Positions 37,761 to 51,806 of a stretch of DNA of 64,000 nt are shown piece by piece. Both the position numbers and the translations under genes were made by a program. The stretch is taken from positions 201,314,001 through 201,378,000 of the forward strand of contig NC_042997.1 in NCBI RefSeq assembly GCF_006345805.1. Direction: 5' to 3'. A model generated the notes under the pieces. It was not told the origin of the DNA, ran no database searches, and saw nothing but the letters and a program-made list of their open reading frames with translations. This DNA is from Octopus sinensis (Eukaryota). Position 1 is the first letter of the stretch. Each line of letters starts with the position of its first letter.

Positions 37761-37895
37761 TATTTTAGAGATGAGGAATTCTGTACACTATTTACATTAG
37801 ATGGATATGTGTCCTCATCTTGTTTGTTGCTACCACAACTTTTCAGCTGATTTACACTCCAGCCTTCATCAGGTGTCCTAGTGGGATTTTGTACC
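37761..37895 (-). mobile_element. Headless HHR-tail copy (HHR 37832-37877)
   Basis: GACAC-CTGATGA-A-GGCTG..CAGCT-GAAAA-GTT-GTGGT on the minus strand. Confidence 0.75.
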
Positions 37896-39371
37896 CGACA
37901 AGAGACAGTTGAGGCTATAAAAAATCATAATGGCTCAGCTAGCCATTATAATCATAGGTTTGCCTGCAATACACAGGTATTACATCGGGAGATGAGGAAG
38001 AACAATATTCTTTTTTAAGAAAGCCCTTCGTAAGAAGATCTTGAATCATTTTGGCTTTCTCTCCCTTCTTTGTACATTTTTATTTATGCTCCCACCCCAA
38101 GAGTCCCAAAATAAGTTGCAGATTTATTGCTTGTTGTAAGGGCATTTGGTGAAATATATTTTCTGAATTGACCTTTCGACCAAAGATTTAAATGCGTCCC
38201 TTATTAACCCACGCAATGGATGAGGCTTCTGGAGGTCTTACTCATGCCAGGCTCCAAGCTGGTATTCATATTGGACTAATTTTGGATATGGAAACATCTT
38301 TTATCTTTTACTTGTTTCTGTTATCAAATTGTGGTCATGCTGGGGCAGCACACTGAAGAATTTTTAGCCAAATGAATCGATCCCAGTACTTGTGTTTTTA
38401 AAGCCTGGTACTTATTCTATCATTCTTTTTGCTGAACAGGGACATAAGCAAACCAACACCGGTTGTCAATCAGTGGTGGGGTACAAACACTCACACACAC
38501 ACACATACCCCCCCCCACACACACACATATGATAGGCTTTCAGTTTCCGTCAACGAATCCAGTCACAGGGCTTTGGTCAGCCCAGAGCTATAGTAGAAGG
38601 CACACCTGCTCAAGGTGTCACTCTGTGGGACTGAACCCTGAACCACGTAGTTATGGAACAAACTTCTTACCACACAGCTACGCCTGCGATATTAATCAAT
38701 ATTAGAATCTATATTATACATTAATTTGAGACAGAAAAGAGAAACTGGCTTTCTCTTGTTAGTAGGATTATTTCTCTTCTGAATCTCAAATGGATTCTTA
38801 CAATATTGAATATCAACTCTACATTGAAAAATCTTAGCAGCTAATTTGCTCTTCACATCGCAAAGATCAATTTTAGTTGAGTCACTATGCTTTACTGGAC
38901 ATTACTGTGTATAATGTATAGTGTCTATACATGACATTTTAACCTGTCCTTCTACGCTAAACAACTGAATATCTTGTTTAGCTAAAACAGCACAGTTAAA
39001 GACAAATAGCATAAAAAGTAGATTTAAGTAGCTAATATGTGAGAGGGAGGGGGTGAGGCAGAAACAGAGACAGAAAGAGAGGGAAACTGAGAGAGAGAGA
39101 GAGTGAGTGTGTGTATAGTAGTAGAAGCATTGTGGTGTAATCTGTAATATGACCACCCAGTAAGCTGCGAAAATATTTCTATTTATCATTTGAAATAAAT
39201 TTCTCAAAGTCTTCCACTCTTGTTAAATGCTATTCCAAAGAAACTTATAAAATCAAGCAAAAACTGAAGATATTCTTGGTCCTTCTTCTTCGATACTGGT
39301 AACGTTATTAAAGTCAATTTTATATATATATATATGTATGTATGTATATATATATATATATATATACATAC

Positions 39372-39424
<53 letters not shown>

Positions 39425-39516
39425 CACACATACATATATATATGTATATATATATAAATATACATATATATATATATATACTTATATAAATATATATATA
39501 TATTATATATATATAC

Positions 39517-39562
<46 letters not shown>

Positions 39563-40715
39563 TATATATATATATATATACATAAATATATATGTATATA
39601 TGTATGTATGTATATATATATGTGTGTGTGTGTGTCTTAACTGTCTGAGAAAATTGTTTTGTTGAGTTTTGAATGTAATCTTAGCAGTATCACCAGATAT
39701 GTTAGTCGCCTTATGATACTTGAAGTCAATATCTTCAGGCAATATTCCTAAATAATCATGAGCTATTTTCAATTTTTTTAGTATTTCCATGTGGTGGATA
39801 TTGATCGGGAAAAATAATAAGTTTCTTACATAGGTACAACGCTACAAATTTCAAGGTGTGCTATCTATCAAGTAAATAAACTGCGATAACTGACTGCTAC
39901 TTATTTTATCAACACTGCAAGGATGTGTAGTAATTTTCATACGGCCACACGAAGTCGTGGTCATTCGACATTTTTTTTCCTGGTTTATTGAAGAAATTAG
40001 AGAGTAGAACTATTTAGTCAAGCAAAGATTCCATTAGCAAGACTCTCTCTTCTCACAGAATTCAATCAGAGCAGAAATAGTCCTTCTACTCTCATTCTGC
40101 TTCAGCTAATCATATCCCAAGATATGTTTTGGTTTCAGTGAGGCATTATTTTGTCCTACCTCTATGCTACCAGGTGTTAAACATATTAATTTCGCTTATT
40201 TTTACCTCGTTCTCCTTTCACACACCACATCATTCTCTTTTCACGCTACACATACTCTCTTTACTCTTTTACTTGTTTCAGTCATTTGACTGCGGCCATG
40301 CTGGAGCACCGCCTTTAGTCGAGCAAATCGACCCTGGGACTTATTCTTTGTAAGCCCAGTACTTATTCTATCGGTCTCTTTTGCCAAACCGCTAAGTGAC
40401 AGGGACGTAAACACACCAGCATCGGTTGTCAAGCAATACTAGGGGGACAAACAGACACACAAACACACACACACACACCACATCATTCTCTTTTCACGCT
40501 ACACATACTCTCTTTACTCTTTTACTTGTTTCAGTCATTTGACTGCGGCCATGCTGGAGCACCGCCTTTAGTCGAGCAAATTGACCCTGGGACTTATTCT
40601 TTGTAAGCCCAGTACTTATTCTATCGGTCTCTTTTGCTGAACCGCTAAGTGACAGGGACGTAAACACACCAGCATCGGTTGTCAAGCAATGCTAGGGGGA
40701 CAAACAGACACACAA

Positions 40716-40760
<45 letters not shown>

Positions 40761-41014
40761 CATATATACGACAGGCTTCTTTCAGTTTCCGTCTACCAAA
40801 TCCACTCACAAGGCATTGGTCGGCCCGGGGCTATAGCAGAAGACACTTGCCCAAGATGCCATGCAGTGGGACTGAACCTGGAACTATGTGGTTGGTTAGC
40901 AAGCTACTTACCACACAGCCAGTCCTGTCACAAGTGAACACAAAAAAGGATTTTAATTCATCACACCACTACTATAAGGCCCTTAACTCAAATATCTATG
41001 TACATGTGTTTATG

Positions 41015-43335
41015 TATGTTATTATTTGGTTTTATTTCAAGATTTCTTGCCAAATAGAGAAAGAGTCGGTTTCTAATCTACACCCAAGGCTCCTTTATTG
41101 GAATTTCAGCAACATCAACAGGACATTTTTGTATGTATGTATGCATATATGCAGATTTGTATGTTTTGTTTTTTGTATGTATTTTCATGCATATAGTTGT
41201 ATATCTAGACATGCTCATATATACAGGGTGTGTAAGATATTTGAGGACAGCTCCATGTTTATAAAAAAACAGCTATATAATAACAGATAACTTTATTTAT
41301 CAAAAAATGCTATGAGGATAAAAAGAAACCTTCTTTTCTATATTGTTATTCAATAAAGCCACCTTCAGCTTCAACAACTGCTTCTATCTGAGATTTAAAT
41401 CATCTACATGCTTGAATCAAGTGGTCCTGGCTTATTTTGGACATTATTGTGACTATGGCAGCTTTCAAAGAATCTTTGGATTTATGGCCATGTTCATTGA
41501 CCTCTCTCTCAACAATGCTCCACATGTAATAGTCCAATGGATTGAGATCTGGGAAATTAGGAGGCCAAATGTTAGGGGCTATGTGATCATGAAACTTTTC
41601 AGCCATCCATTCCTGTGTTACTAGAGCCATGTGTGATAGTGCAGAGTCTTACTGAAACACATATAGTCTTCCAGGGCTTAAGAATTATTTCCAAGACCTC
41701 AATGTAGGCAGCAGAATTAACTCTAAGGCCTCGTGGAAAGAAGTAAGGAGGCATCACATGTCCTTCATTGCTAACAACCCCTAAAACCATGACAGCTGCA
41801 GGAAATTTTGTGTGCATAACACTTGAAACTTCAGAAGGATCTGCACATAACCATCTGTCATTTCTTGTTAACTTTTTGATCTTGGTCGAAGTTTTCTTAT
41901 TTGAGAAAAACCAAATCAAATCTTCTTCTGCTGGGTTTTTCTGTTTCTTTAAGAGCCTTTTAGATTTGATGTAGTGATTTTCTTTTGCTTTTTCTGACAA
42001 ATTGACCTTTCTTCATCATATAAGACTTATATCTGATGTCTTCATGGACAACATTTCTGACTGTTCCTTCTGACACATGGAGATCTTTTACAATTGACCT
42101 CTTGGACTTTCTGGGATTTTAATCAATGGTCTGTTGAACTTGCTGGATAAATTTCAGTATTCGATGATATCAGAGCATTTAGAATGCTTTTTATGCTTTG
42201 ATACTGATGATAAGTTTCTATCTTCAGTTTCTAACTTCTTAGAATCTTTGTAAATGAAAGATCTGGCAACTTTTAAAAGTGAAGATATTTCTAAATTGCT
42301 ATGTTCAGCCTTTATAAACACAATAATAGCGTGCCTCTTCATTTCTTGAGTAAGCTGAGGGTCTGCAATTATTATTTCCTGAAACAAAGATTATACAGAG
42401 TTAGCAAAAAATGCAGCAATGACCCAAGAAAGGTATGTCCTCAAATACCTTACGTATCCTGTACTTAAATGATAAACTTGTGGAAAGTTTTACAGATTTT
42501 TACTTTCCCAGTGATGACTTGGATCTGTAGTTTTGAATAAGCTTTCTCCTTTCTGGTTTTCAAAAGCCTGATTTTTCAAAGTTGGTATTTAGGCAGTGTG
42601 TTACATATCCCAGGGCCCAAATAATTCCAGGTATAAATTTGAACTTGTAATCCGGATAGAGTAGCTGTAGATTCCTCAATACCTTAGTGTGGGTATTTTC
42701 TCCTTTGCTGATCCTCAGCCTTATGTTAACATCCACTGGGCAGCTAATTTCCACAACTGTACACAGTTTCTCTTCTCCATCCGAAATTATTATATCAGTT
42801 CTCTTGTGCTTACATTTTATTGAGGTCTTCGCTGGGACATTCCACCAGTACTCCTTTTCCGTTTTGAGTGGCTATGGTTTCTACCACACAGTGGGTTCCT
42901 ATTTCTTTGTCCTTGAGGCTATCCTTTTGATGGATCTAGTTATACAGTGACCTATCTACAACATCATGCCTCATCAGTAGATAATACTCTGATGATATTT
43001 TCAGACAACTGCTTATGATGTGGGTAAAATAATGGGTGTTAGCTCCTAAAGTCTGCATCAGTTATCACATTTTACTGCTTTTCCTGCACCTTTGTTCATT
43101 TTGTTCATTAGGTATTTGGTTGAATATTTCTTGTTCCGAGATTGCAAACACATACTCTTCTGAGTGAGAGGTAGTAATCTGGTTGTTGGTCCATAAGAAA
43201 CTGCTTTGATGATCAATGTTACTGTTATCCCGGAGCTTGCTACTGACATATCCTAGCATGGTGGTCTGCTGATATACACTCATTCTTTCATCTGATGGTA
43301 CTTTGCACAATAGAGTCATTGACCTCTTTGCAATG
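41015..43335 (-). mobile_element. R4/Dong-type LINE 3' relic (Zn knuckle, RHD motif, restriction-like endonuclease) interrupted by a maT transposon
   Basis: EEYVFAISEQEI, THIISSC...RHDVV and VEISCPVDVNI..KISKGENT..IPGII motifs; homologous to 43820-44430. Confidence 0.85.
41224..42461 (-). mobile_element. Full-length degenerate Tc1/mariner DD37D (maT-type) transposon
   Basis: TIRs cagggtgtgtaagatatttgaggaca and tgtcctcaaataccttacgtatcctg; TA TSDs; VMVLGVVSNEGHVMPPYFF; exactly 37 residues between DSALSH and NPLD. Confidence 0.92.
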
Positions 43336-43819
43336 TGTGTGTGTGTGTGTGTGCATGCGTGTGTGTAAGATATTACCCAAGATACTATGTAGCTACTACT
43401 ACTACACAAACCGATGTATATATACATCATCATCATCGTTTAACGTCCGTTCTCCATGCTAGCATGGGTTGGACGGTTCGACCGGGGTTCTGGGAAGCCA
43501 GAAGGCTGCACCAGGCTCCAGTCTAATCTGGCAATGTTTCTACAGCTGGATGCCCTTCCTAACGCCAACCACTCCGTGAGTGTAGTGGGTGCTTTTTACG
43601 TGCCACCTGCACAGGTGCCAGGCGAGGCTGGCAACGGCCATGGTCGGATTGGTGTATTTTATGTGCCACCGGCACGGAAGCCAGTCGAGGCGGTGCTGGC
43701 ATATATAGAGAGAGTGATAGGTAGATACATACATACATAAAAACATACATACGTACATACATACATACATACATACATACATACATACATACATACATAC
43801 ATACATGAAAAGGAATACT

Positions 43820-44430
43820 AGTTGAATATCTCAGTAACAACCTCAATACAATGTAAACACAAGAGACCTGATATAATGATTTGGGATGGAGAATAGAAAC
43901 TGTACAGTTGTGGAAATTAGCTGCCCAGTGGATGTTAGCATAAAGCTGAAGATCAGTGAAAAAGAGAACACCTATGCTGAACTATTGAGAAATATGCAGT
44001 TACTCTATCCAGATTACAAGTTCAGGTTTATACCTGTAATTATTGGTGCCCTGAGGTATGTGACAGACTGCCTAAATACCAGTCCTGAGAAATTAGGCTT
44101 CTCAAAACCAGAAAAGAGAAAGCTAATTCGAAGACGACTACAGAACGAACCCATCATTGTAACTGTAAAAATATGTAAAACTTTCCAGAAGTTTATCATT
44201 TAAATATATATGAGCATGCCTAGATATGTAACTATATGCATGACAATACATACATGCATACATACATACATACATACATACATACATACATACATACATA
44301 CATACATACATACATACATACAAACAAAAATACCCAGTTGTTGATGTTGAAATTCCAATGAAGGAGACTTGAATCTAGGTTAGAAACTTGATATTTCTCC
44401 ATTGGCAAAAAATCTTGAAATAAACTGAAT
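43820..44430 (+). mobile_element. 5'-truncated R4/Dong LINE (endonuclease end plus 3' UTR containing (CATA)n)
   Basis: PDIMIWDGENRNCTVVEISCPVDVSIKLKISEKENTY...IPVIIGAL; flanked by (CATA)n. Confidence 0.85.
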
Positions 44431-44682
44431 AATGGCATACATACACACAAGCATAAATTCATACATACATACGTAATAAATATACATCAATAGCACACAT
44501 AGAGATATGCACATATATGTTTGTGTGCACGTGCACGTTATGTCAAGTTATATATATATACAATCAATTCAACATTAACTGAAGAATTACTCAATATTTT
44601 ATACTTGAGTGCATTTATTAAACTTTTGCAAGAAAAGGAATGACTTCAAAGTTTTGGATTGCTAGCCTTCGCCAGACTCTGT

Positions 44683-44724
<42 letters not shown>

Positions 44725-44783
44725 ATGTATTCTGTATGTAACACAGAAAAAATCAATATATTTATATAATAGTCAATATCATG

Positions 44784-44876
44784 TCACCTACACACGTTTC
44801 AATTTCTTACCATCATTCATATTTTAAAATTAAAATTGTATTATGAATTTAAATGGTAAAAATCTCTTCAGGGCAA
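44784..44876 (-). ncRNA. Type I hammerhead, long stem II
   Basis: UUGCC-CUGAAGA-GAUUUUUACCAU...AUGGUAAGAAAUU-GAAA-C-GUGU-GUA^GGUGA. Confidence 0.8.
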
Positions 44877-44963
44877 AATTGAAATATACTGAATATATAA
44901 TGAATATATTTCAATTTATATATTGAACATATATTTTGAATATATAATGAATCTATGTCAATT

Positions 44964-45056
44964 TTGCCCTGAAGAAATTTTTACCTATTAAATTCATAAT
45001 GCCATTGTAATTGTGAAGTATGAATGAAGGTAAGAAATTGAAACATGCGTAGGCGA
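44964..45056 (+). ncRNA. Type I hammerhead, long stem II (inverted partner)
   Basis: UUGCC-CUGAAGA-AAUUUUUACC...GGUAAGAAAUU-GAAA-C-AUGC-GUA^GGCGA. Confidence 0.82.
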
Positions 45057-45289
45057 TATGATGTTGACTATTATATAAATATATTGATCTTTTTCTGTGT
45101 GCACACTCTCCATTTTCTTTCTGTTTCATTATTAAAATGTTGTTCTCCTATATCAGATAGATGAAGCTGTCCATAACAACAAGTGGAACTTCATAAGTGT
45201 TAAGCACTGATGTCAAAGAAGAACCATCAATAAACACTAATTTTAACACAAATTAACAAAGTCCAGGAAAATGAATTGATATGGGGATA

Positions 45290-45524
45290 AACCAGTCTAC
45301 GCTTGGATGAAATACATCCCTAAGAAAGAGCAACCTCTGCACGCATTTTTTTTCTCTCCGTGTTTCTCTCCGTGTTTCTTTTCTGTGTATCTTTCTGTTG
45401 AAGAGCGTAGGCTCGAAACATAAAAGACTTGTTTTGTTTATATTCCTGAGCACCATACTAATACAATTGTTTGTTTGTATTCCACCTGCCTTCGTCTTTT
45501 GTTTATTTTCATAAAGCTTCCCGT

Positions 45525-45530
<6 letters not shown>
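45290..45530 (+). mobile_element. Short (TA)n-terminated repeat with variant hammerhead (45390-45427)
   Basis: UCUUU-CUGUUGA-A-GAGC-GUAG-GCUC-GAAA-CAUA-AAAGA. Relatives at about 11890-12095(-), 30090-30165, 47280-47410, 54600-54800(-) and 58557-58630(-). Confidence 0.72.
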
Positions 45531-45558
<28 letters not shown>

Positions 45559-46081
45559 ATTGTTCTTTCTTACAAAAAATATAGAACTGCTTAAGAAGGG
45601 CTCGGGTTAAACCCGAGACAAAAGACAGAAATTAAGATATAAGCTCAAATTAGGCAATCATATTCATACAGTTATAAATTCGACTTAAAATGCATATACA
45701 TATATTAATACATATCAACACATATGAATATTTTTAAAGATATTTATAAAATATAGATATATATATAAATATACATAAAATACATGTGAATAAAACCCAT
45801 GTGGTATACATATGGATGGAAGTGTGAGTTTAAATTAAAAGATCCATAAAGTTCGATGCCTTTTTTAAAAAAAAATATATAGATGTTATATAAGATATAT
45901 AATACAGTTCGAGGAAGTCCACTTTCTATAACCGTTTCCAGAGTTCATGTCCTGGTAGAAACATTAATAAAAAAATCTTACAAACCATGCAGACAATGGA
46001 TGAAGGGGACATTGTCCGCATGATTTGTATTATTATATTTTATAAGAGTATGATTGCCTAATCTGAGTTTATATCTTAATT

Positions 46082-46135
<54 letters not shown>

Positions 46136-46184
46136 CATATATATTTACATATATATATATACATATGCATATATACATATTTAC

Positions 46185-46215
<31 letters not shown>

Positions 46216-46829
46216 CATATACATATATATACATATATATACATATATATACATGTGTGTGTGTGTGTGTATTGAGAATAACAAGGTAGTCAGAATGTTG
46301 GATGATTATATATATTTTTGTTTACATTTTTAATGCTTTCTTCTGTCATTGGATTTATAAAAAAAGTTGTTTACAGTAAGTTTGCTTTGCCTTCTTATAT
46401 AAAATTGAAACTGATGATGTTATAGAAAGGGAAAAAGAGGGGAGAGGAAGAGAGAGAAGGAGGGGGATGGAGGGGAAAGAGAGAAACAAATTAGAAAGGA
46501 AGTTGTTGGGGTGATAAAAGAAGAGAGAGTGAAGAGAGAGAAGAGAAAAGAAATTAGAAGGTGTGTTTTGGTGGTTTGCAGAAAAATGTTTGAGAGAGAG
46601 GGGGAGGCATGGCTTTTGTATTAGTGTTCCTCAAACTTGCATGATTGAATATGCTGTTCTTTCTTTTTTAGTAACCTATTGGGTGGAGAAGAAAAGGAAT
46701 CTTTTGTAGTCAAGTGGTCAAGGTATTTAATTGGAAGGCCAGGTGTTGTCTTTGATTTTCTCCAGTAAGAATTATAATCACATATCAAGGTCTTGCTTTT
46801 TTTAATTCTTTGTGTGTCAGTGTGTGTGT

Positions 46830-46880
<51 letters not shown>

Positions 46881-46890
46881 ATGGACTCAC

Positions 46891-47124
46891 CCATCGGTTT
46901 CGACCGACTCTTTCTTCATCAGTTATAATGCTTATGATGAATATGACATTTAAGTCCCACCGACTATTTGCAAAGGAGGCCACACATGCTGCAAGTATAG
47001 AATTACAGGTCAGTGCAGGTGGTATACCTGCAGCAGCTTTTCCCCTTCGCCTTGCACCCTGAAGCCTGTCAAAGTTGGTTGGAACAAAGTTTTGACACAA
47101 TGATGAGTGATAGATATTCTCCAT
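46891..47124 (-). CDS. Candidate exon, product unknown
   Basis: ATG-initiated 78-codon open frame ending at a strong TGG|GTGAGT donor; no homology recognised. Confidence 0.25.
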
Positions 47125-47645
47125 GTAAAATACTCTTCATAGTACTCAAGAGGTTTAAACTTGAACATGTAGAGGGGTAAATGTAAGGATAGGCAAGTTA
47201 AACAAGTCGATATACAAGAATATATTAAATATTATATACATAAATATATATATATTTTTCTCTTCTTTCTCTTCTTTATTTATTTATTCTTTATTTTCTC
47301 TCCTTGTTTCTTTTGGGGGAAGAGCGTTGGCTCGAAACATTAAAGACTTTTTCACTTCCTGAGTGTTATACTAATACATCTGTTTGTTGTCTACACCACC
47401 CGCCTTCATATATATAATATATATATTATATATATATATATATATATTATATACGTATATATACGTTTTTATTATTATTTTGCAATTTACTTGATCATCG
47501 GTATATTATTGTTATTTTAATTTTAATATTTCTATTATATGTAATTTTCTAGATGGTGTAACTTAATTGTTCATTTTGAATTGATAAAAGGTGTTTTTTT
47601 CTAATTTATATATATATACATATATATATATATATTATATATATA

Positions 47646-47696
<51 letters not shown>

Positions 47697-47994
47697 TATG
47701 CATATATGTGTATATATATATATATACATATATATGTGTATATATATGTGTATACATATGTATATATATTTATACACACACACATACATATGCTATCACA
47801 CAAGTTAATGATGATGCATCTATTTGATAAGTTTGGAAAGAGCATCCAAATCTGCAAATCACATCAAACTATATATAAAAAAGAAGGGTAAATTATATGC
47901 TAAGATGCTTGGAGCAGTTTGAAGCAAAACAAAATGAGAGAATATGAATGAAATGGTCAGAATACCTTTCATAATAGGTGTTCTTGATTAGTCA

Positions 47995-48405
47995 TGGAGG
48001 CACAATGGCCCAGTGGTTCGGGTAGTGGACTTGTAGTCGTGGGATCACAGTCGTGAGATCATGGTTTCGATTCTGAGTGTTTATTAAGTGAAAATACCTA
48101 AAGCTCCACAAGGCTCCAGCAGGGGGTAGTGACGAACCCTGCTGCACTCTTTCACCACAACTTTCTCTCACTCTTTCACCACAACTTTCTCTCACTCTTT
48201 CTTCCTGTTTCTCTTGTACCTGTATTTTCAAAGGGGCCAGCCTTGTCACACTCTGTATCATGCTGAATCTCCTCGAAGAACTATGTTAAGGGTACACGTG
48301 TCTGTGGAGTACTCAGCCACTTACATACACGTTAATTTCACGAACAGGGTGTCCCATTGATTGGATCAACCAGAACCCTCATCGTCGCAACCGACGGAGT
48401 GCCAC
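47995..48405 (+). mobile_element. tRNA-derived SINE
   Basis: ggaggcacaatggcccagtgg head and ccgacggagtgc tail. Confidence 0.85.
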
Positions 48406-50482
48406 AACTCGATCAATACTGATCCTATGTTAAGCAAAAGCAACTTAAAGATTATTTTAGGACTTGAAATAAAACACGAATCTTCAATACTAATTAGCTA
48501 AGACTTTAATAATTCAATAATTCTCTTCCTTGAGGACATGTCCTTTACAGCAAAACTTCATTATAATTCGAGACATAATTAAGAGACCGATACTGATCAA
48601 GAAAGATAAATATAATGACAATAACAACAAAATCAAGGTAGTGTTTATGATGGTGAAATGCAATGACGTGAATGATAAGGATGCTGACGATGATGATGGT
48701 GTTCGTTGACAAGAATCAAAGATAGAAAATCCAGTTCCTTTCCAAATGCTAATATCCGCTGATGAAATTCTACAATGTTGTAGGATACACTTCATTCCAG
48801 GATTAATGATACAAAGACTTGCAAACAGCTTGTTAATGCAAGTGCACTCAGTCGAAAACCCTGCGTGCTGCTGACGCAGTATGGACACAGGTGTGGCTCT
48901 GTGATAACAGGTCTTCTTTCCAACCACATGGTTCTCGGTTCAGTCCCACTGCATTGCACCCTTCTGCTCCTTATAAATATATCATCTTCCTTTGGTTGAT
49001 GGGAGCTGATAAAATATCAGAGGCACATCTGAATGAAGTAATTTCTTTCATATCAACAGTATGTTATATTCTGAAATAGAAAAAAAAAAGAAACAGTGAG
49101 ATAAAGAGAATCATTAAATGACATAGTAATTCAACATTGCAAATCTTACAACATCAACACTGTCATCCATTTAATGTCTATGTTTGCATGGGTCAGAATC
49201 CATTGAGGCATTGAAACTTTTACAACATTCTGTATATAGATGAATCACTCAAATCACTCGATTCATCACTTAATGTCACTTTCTTCCTCGCTTCCAGCGT
49301 ATCACTACCGTCCCCTTTCACCTCCAGCGTATCACCCATTTTGCCACAAATAGTTGAAGAATGGTTTCAGAAGCTGTTTCTTTTTAACCATTAATCCATC
49401 CTCCAGAACACATACCGGGCCGGGATCCTGAAGTGAAAGATATAAGATACGGGTTGTCAGATTCAATTTGTTTGTCTGTTTCTACTTGGCAAGCTCTCAA
49501 TGTATTACTCTTTTACTCTTTTACTTGTTTCAGTCATTTGACTGCGGCCATGCTGGAGCACCGCCTTTAGTCGAGCAAATCGACCCCGGGACTTATTCAT
49601 TGTAAGCCCAGTACTTATTCTATCAGTCTCTTTTGCCGAACCGCTAAGTGACGGAAGCAATGCTAGGGGGACAAACACAGACACACAAACATATACACAC
49701 ACACTTGTATATATATATATATATATATATATATACGACAGGCTTCTTTCAGTTTCCGTCTACCAAATCCACTCACAAGGCATTGGTCGGCCCGGGGCTA
49801 TAGCAGAAGACACTTGCCCAAGATGCCACGCAGTGGGACTGAACCCGGAACCATGTGGTTGGTTAGCAAGCTACTTACCACACAGCCACTCCTGCGCCTA
49901 TGTTTGAAAAGAGGTAAAAATTTATTACAATTTCAAAAACGAAAAACAAAAATTGTAGAGGAAGGCCAGCAATACGAAAGATCATAAGATATTAAGATAA
50001 AAATATTTTTCATGTTAATTCAAATAACATTGGAAAAGATTCAAATAAATGGGAAGAAAAAAACCAATTTATCTAACAAACCAATATAAATACGGAATGG
50101 TTAATTGTGGAGTTCACACTATGCTTCAGATACATGGTCACTTTTGTATGGCTGAGACATATACATTGTAGTTAAGAAATCTGATATGTTAAATTTAAAA
50201 TGCAGAAACCATATTAAAATGATACAGTGAAAGAAAATTCCTTTCGGCAAATTATGGCAGCGAGATGAAACCTGATTAATACAATGGATATAGTGACTCG
50301 TTAGACAAAATGTCATCACTAAAGCTTTTATCTTTCTTTATTGAGATGTTAACTTAAAGGAAATAAATAAATAACATAAATAAATAACCCAGCCAGCATG
50401 ACTCTTTAAGTAATGAATACATCGATGCATTCAAATGTATATATGTATGTATATTAATATATATATATATATATATATATTA

Positions 50483-50538
<56 letters not shown>

Positions 50539-51157
50539 GTGTGTGTGTGAATGTACACGTATATACATACATACATGCACGTTGTATGTCTATATTCACT
50601 GATATTTACAAAGCCAAGACATATACCTACATCAAACAAGAAATATATAACGGTTATATGACATTGAGTATGATATTCATCTGACAACAATAATGACACA
50701 AATCTAATTAAATATAATACAAAATTAATTTCTATTCGTTGTGATGTATTTATGACAAATCATCTTACAGTATTTAGTTACAAATTTTGTTAACCCTTGA
50801 GATTAAACTTTGCTTTTATATATAATGAATAGATAGGCATAAAGTATCCAGTTGGGTCTCGTACAAGCACTCAGTTATAATCTAGGTTAACCAGTCGAAA
50901 CTAAAAAGATACAAATGCAATTGAGAGATGGCTATGCAACAGAAACAGGCGTCAGGCACATTTAAGTCAAATATGGTGTATAATTGACAGTAGAAATAAA
51001 TAAAGCATGCAAGTGCATATTTTCGATGTACTCGGTTGGAAAACGGCTGTTTGAAGCTTGAAATTCATACCAGAGTCACCCACTGTAAACAGTATTATTA
51101 AAATAAAAATTATCCCCCAAAAAGCCATCTCTACTCATTTTTTCAAATATATAATAT

Positions 51158-51354
51158 TGAAGATTGGGAGTATGTCGACCCGAGTAAGTATTGAAACTAG
51201 ATACCTCGTATGTAATCAATACTGACGTACTTTCATGAAACACGTGTAGTCTTATAAACGGAAAATACGGGATTCAGAATATAGTTAGAATAAGATTTAA
51301 TATTTAACATTTTATGGAGTGCTCAGGTATAAAATCTTTCAGTGTTGATTCAGT
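51158..51354 (+). repeat. About 200 bp HHR-like direct repeat (second copy 52266-52466)
   Basis: UGAAGA-U-UGGGAGUAUGUCG...(C/U)GACGUACUUUCA-U-GAAA-C-ACGU-GUA^GUCUU; C3 and the 5' strand of stem I are missing in both copies. Confidence 0.75.
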
Positions 51355-51478
51355 TGAAGGTGGTTTTGTCTCTAAAATTACTTATATATATATATATCTG
51401 AGCGTTCAATAACACTATACTTGTTCCAAGTCCTCGCGTTGTTGTGTTTTCTCTTTGTGTTTTCATGTTTGGATTAAC

Positions 51479-51577
<99 letters not shown>

Positions 51578-51806
51578 ATGTATGTATGTATGTATGTATG
51601 TAATGTTTTTTAATTCTTCGAGACACATTCCGTTGCACAGTCTTTTTTATATACCTAGCGTTTCTCATCCAGGTCTTCTTTGAGGAATGACACTCCAGCT
51701 GTTATGGGTTGTAAGGGAAGTCACCAGGAAGAGTGTGTTCCCTGGGGAACTCACTGCTGACAAGTACGATGTTGATCATTTCGCTTTATAGTACTAAGTT
51801 AATGTA

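Noticed and set aside
46880-46930. CUGAUGA...GAAA on the minus strand as a hammerhead
   Set aside because: No stem I partner, weak stem II and no NUH triplet in register.
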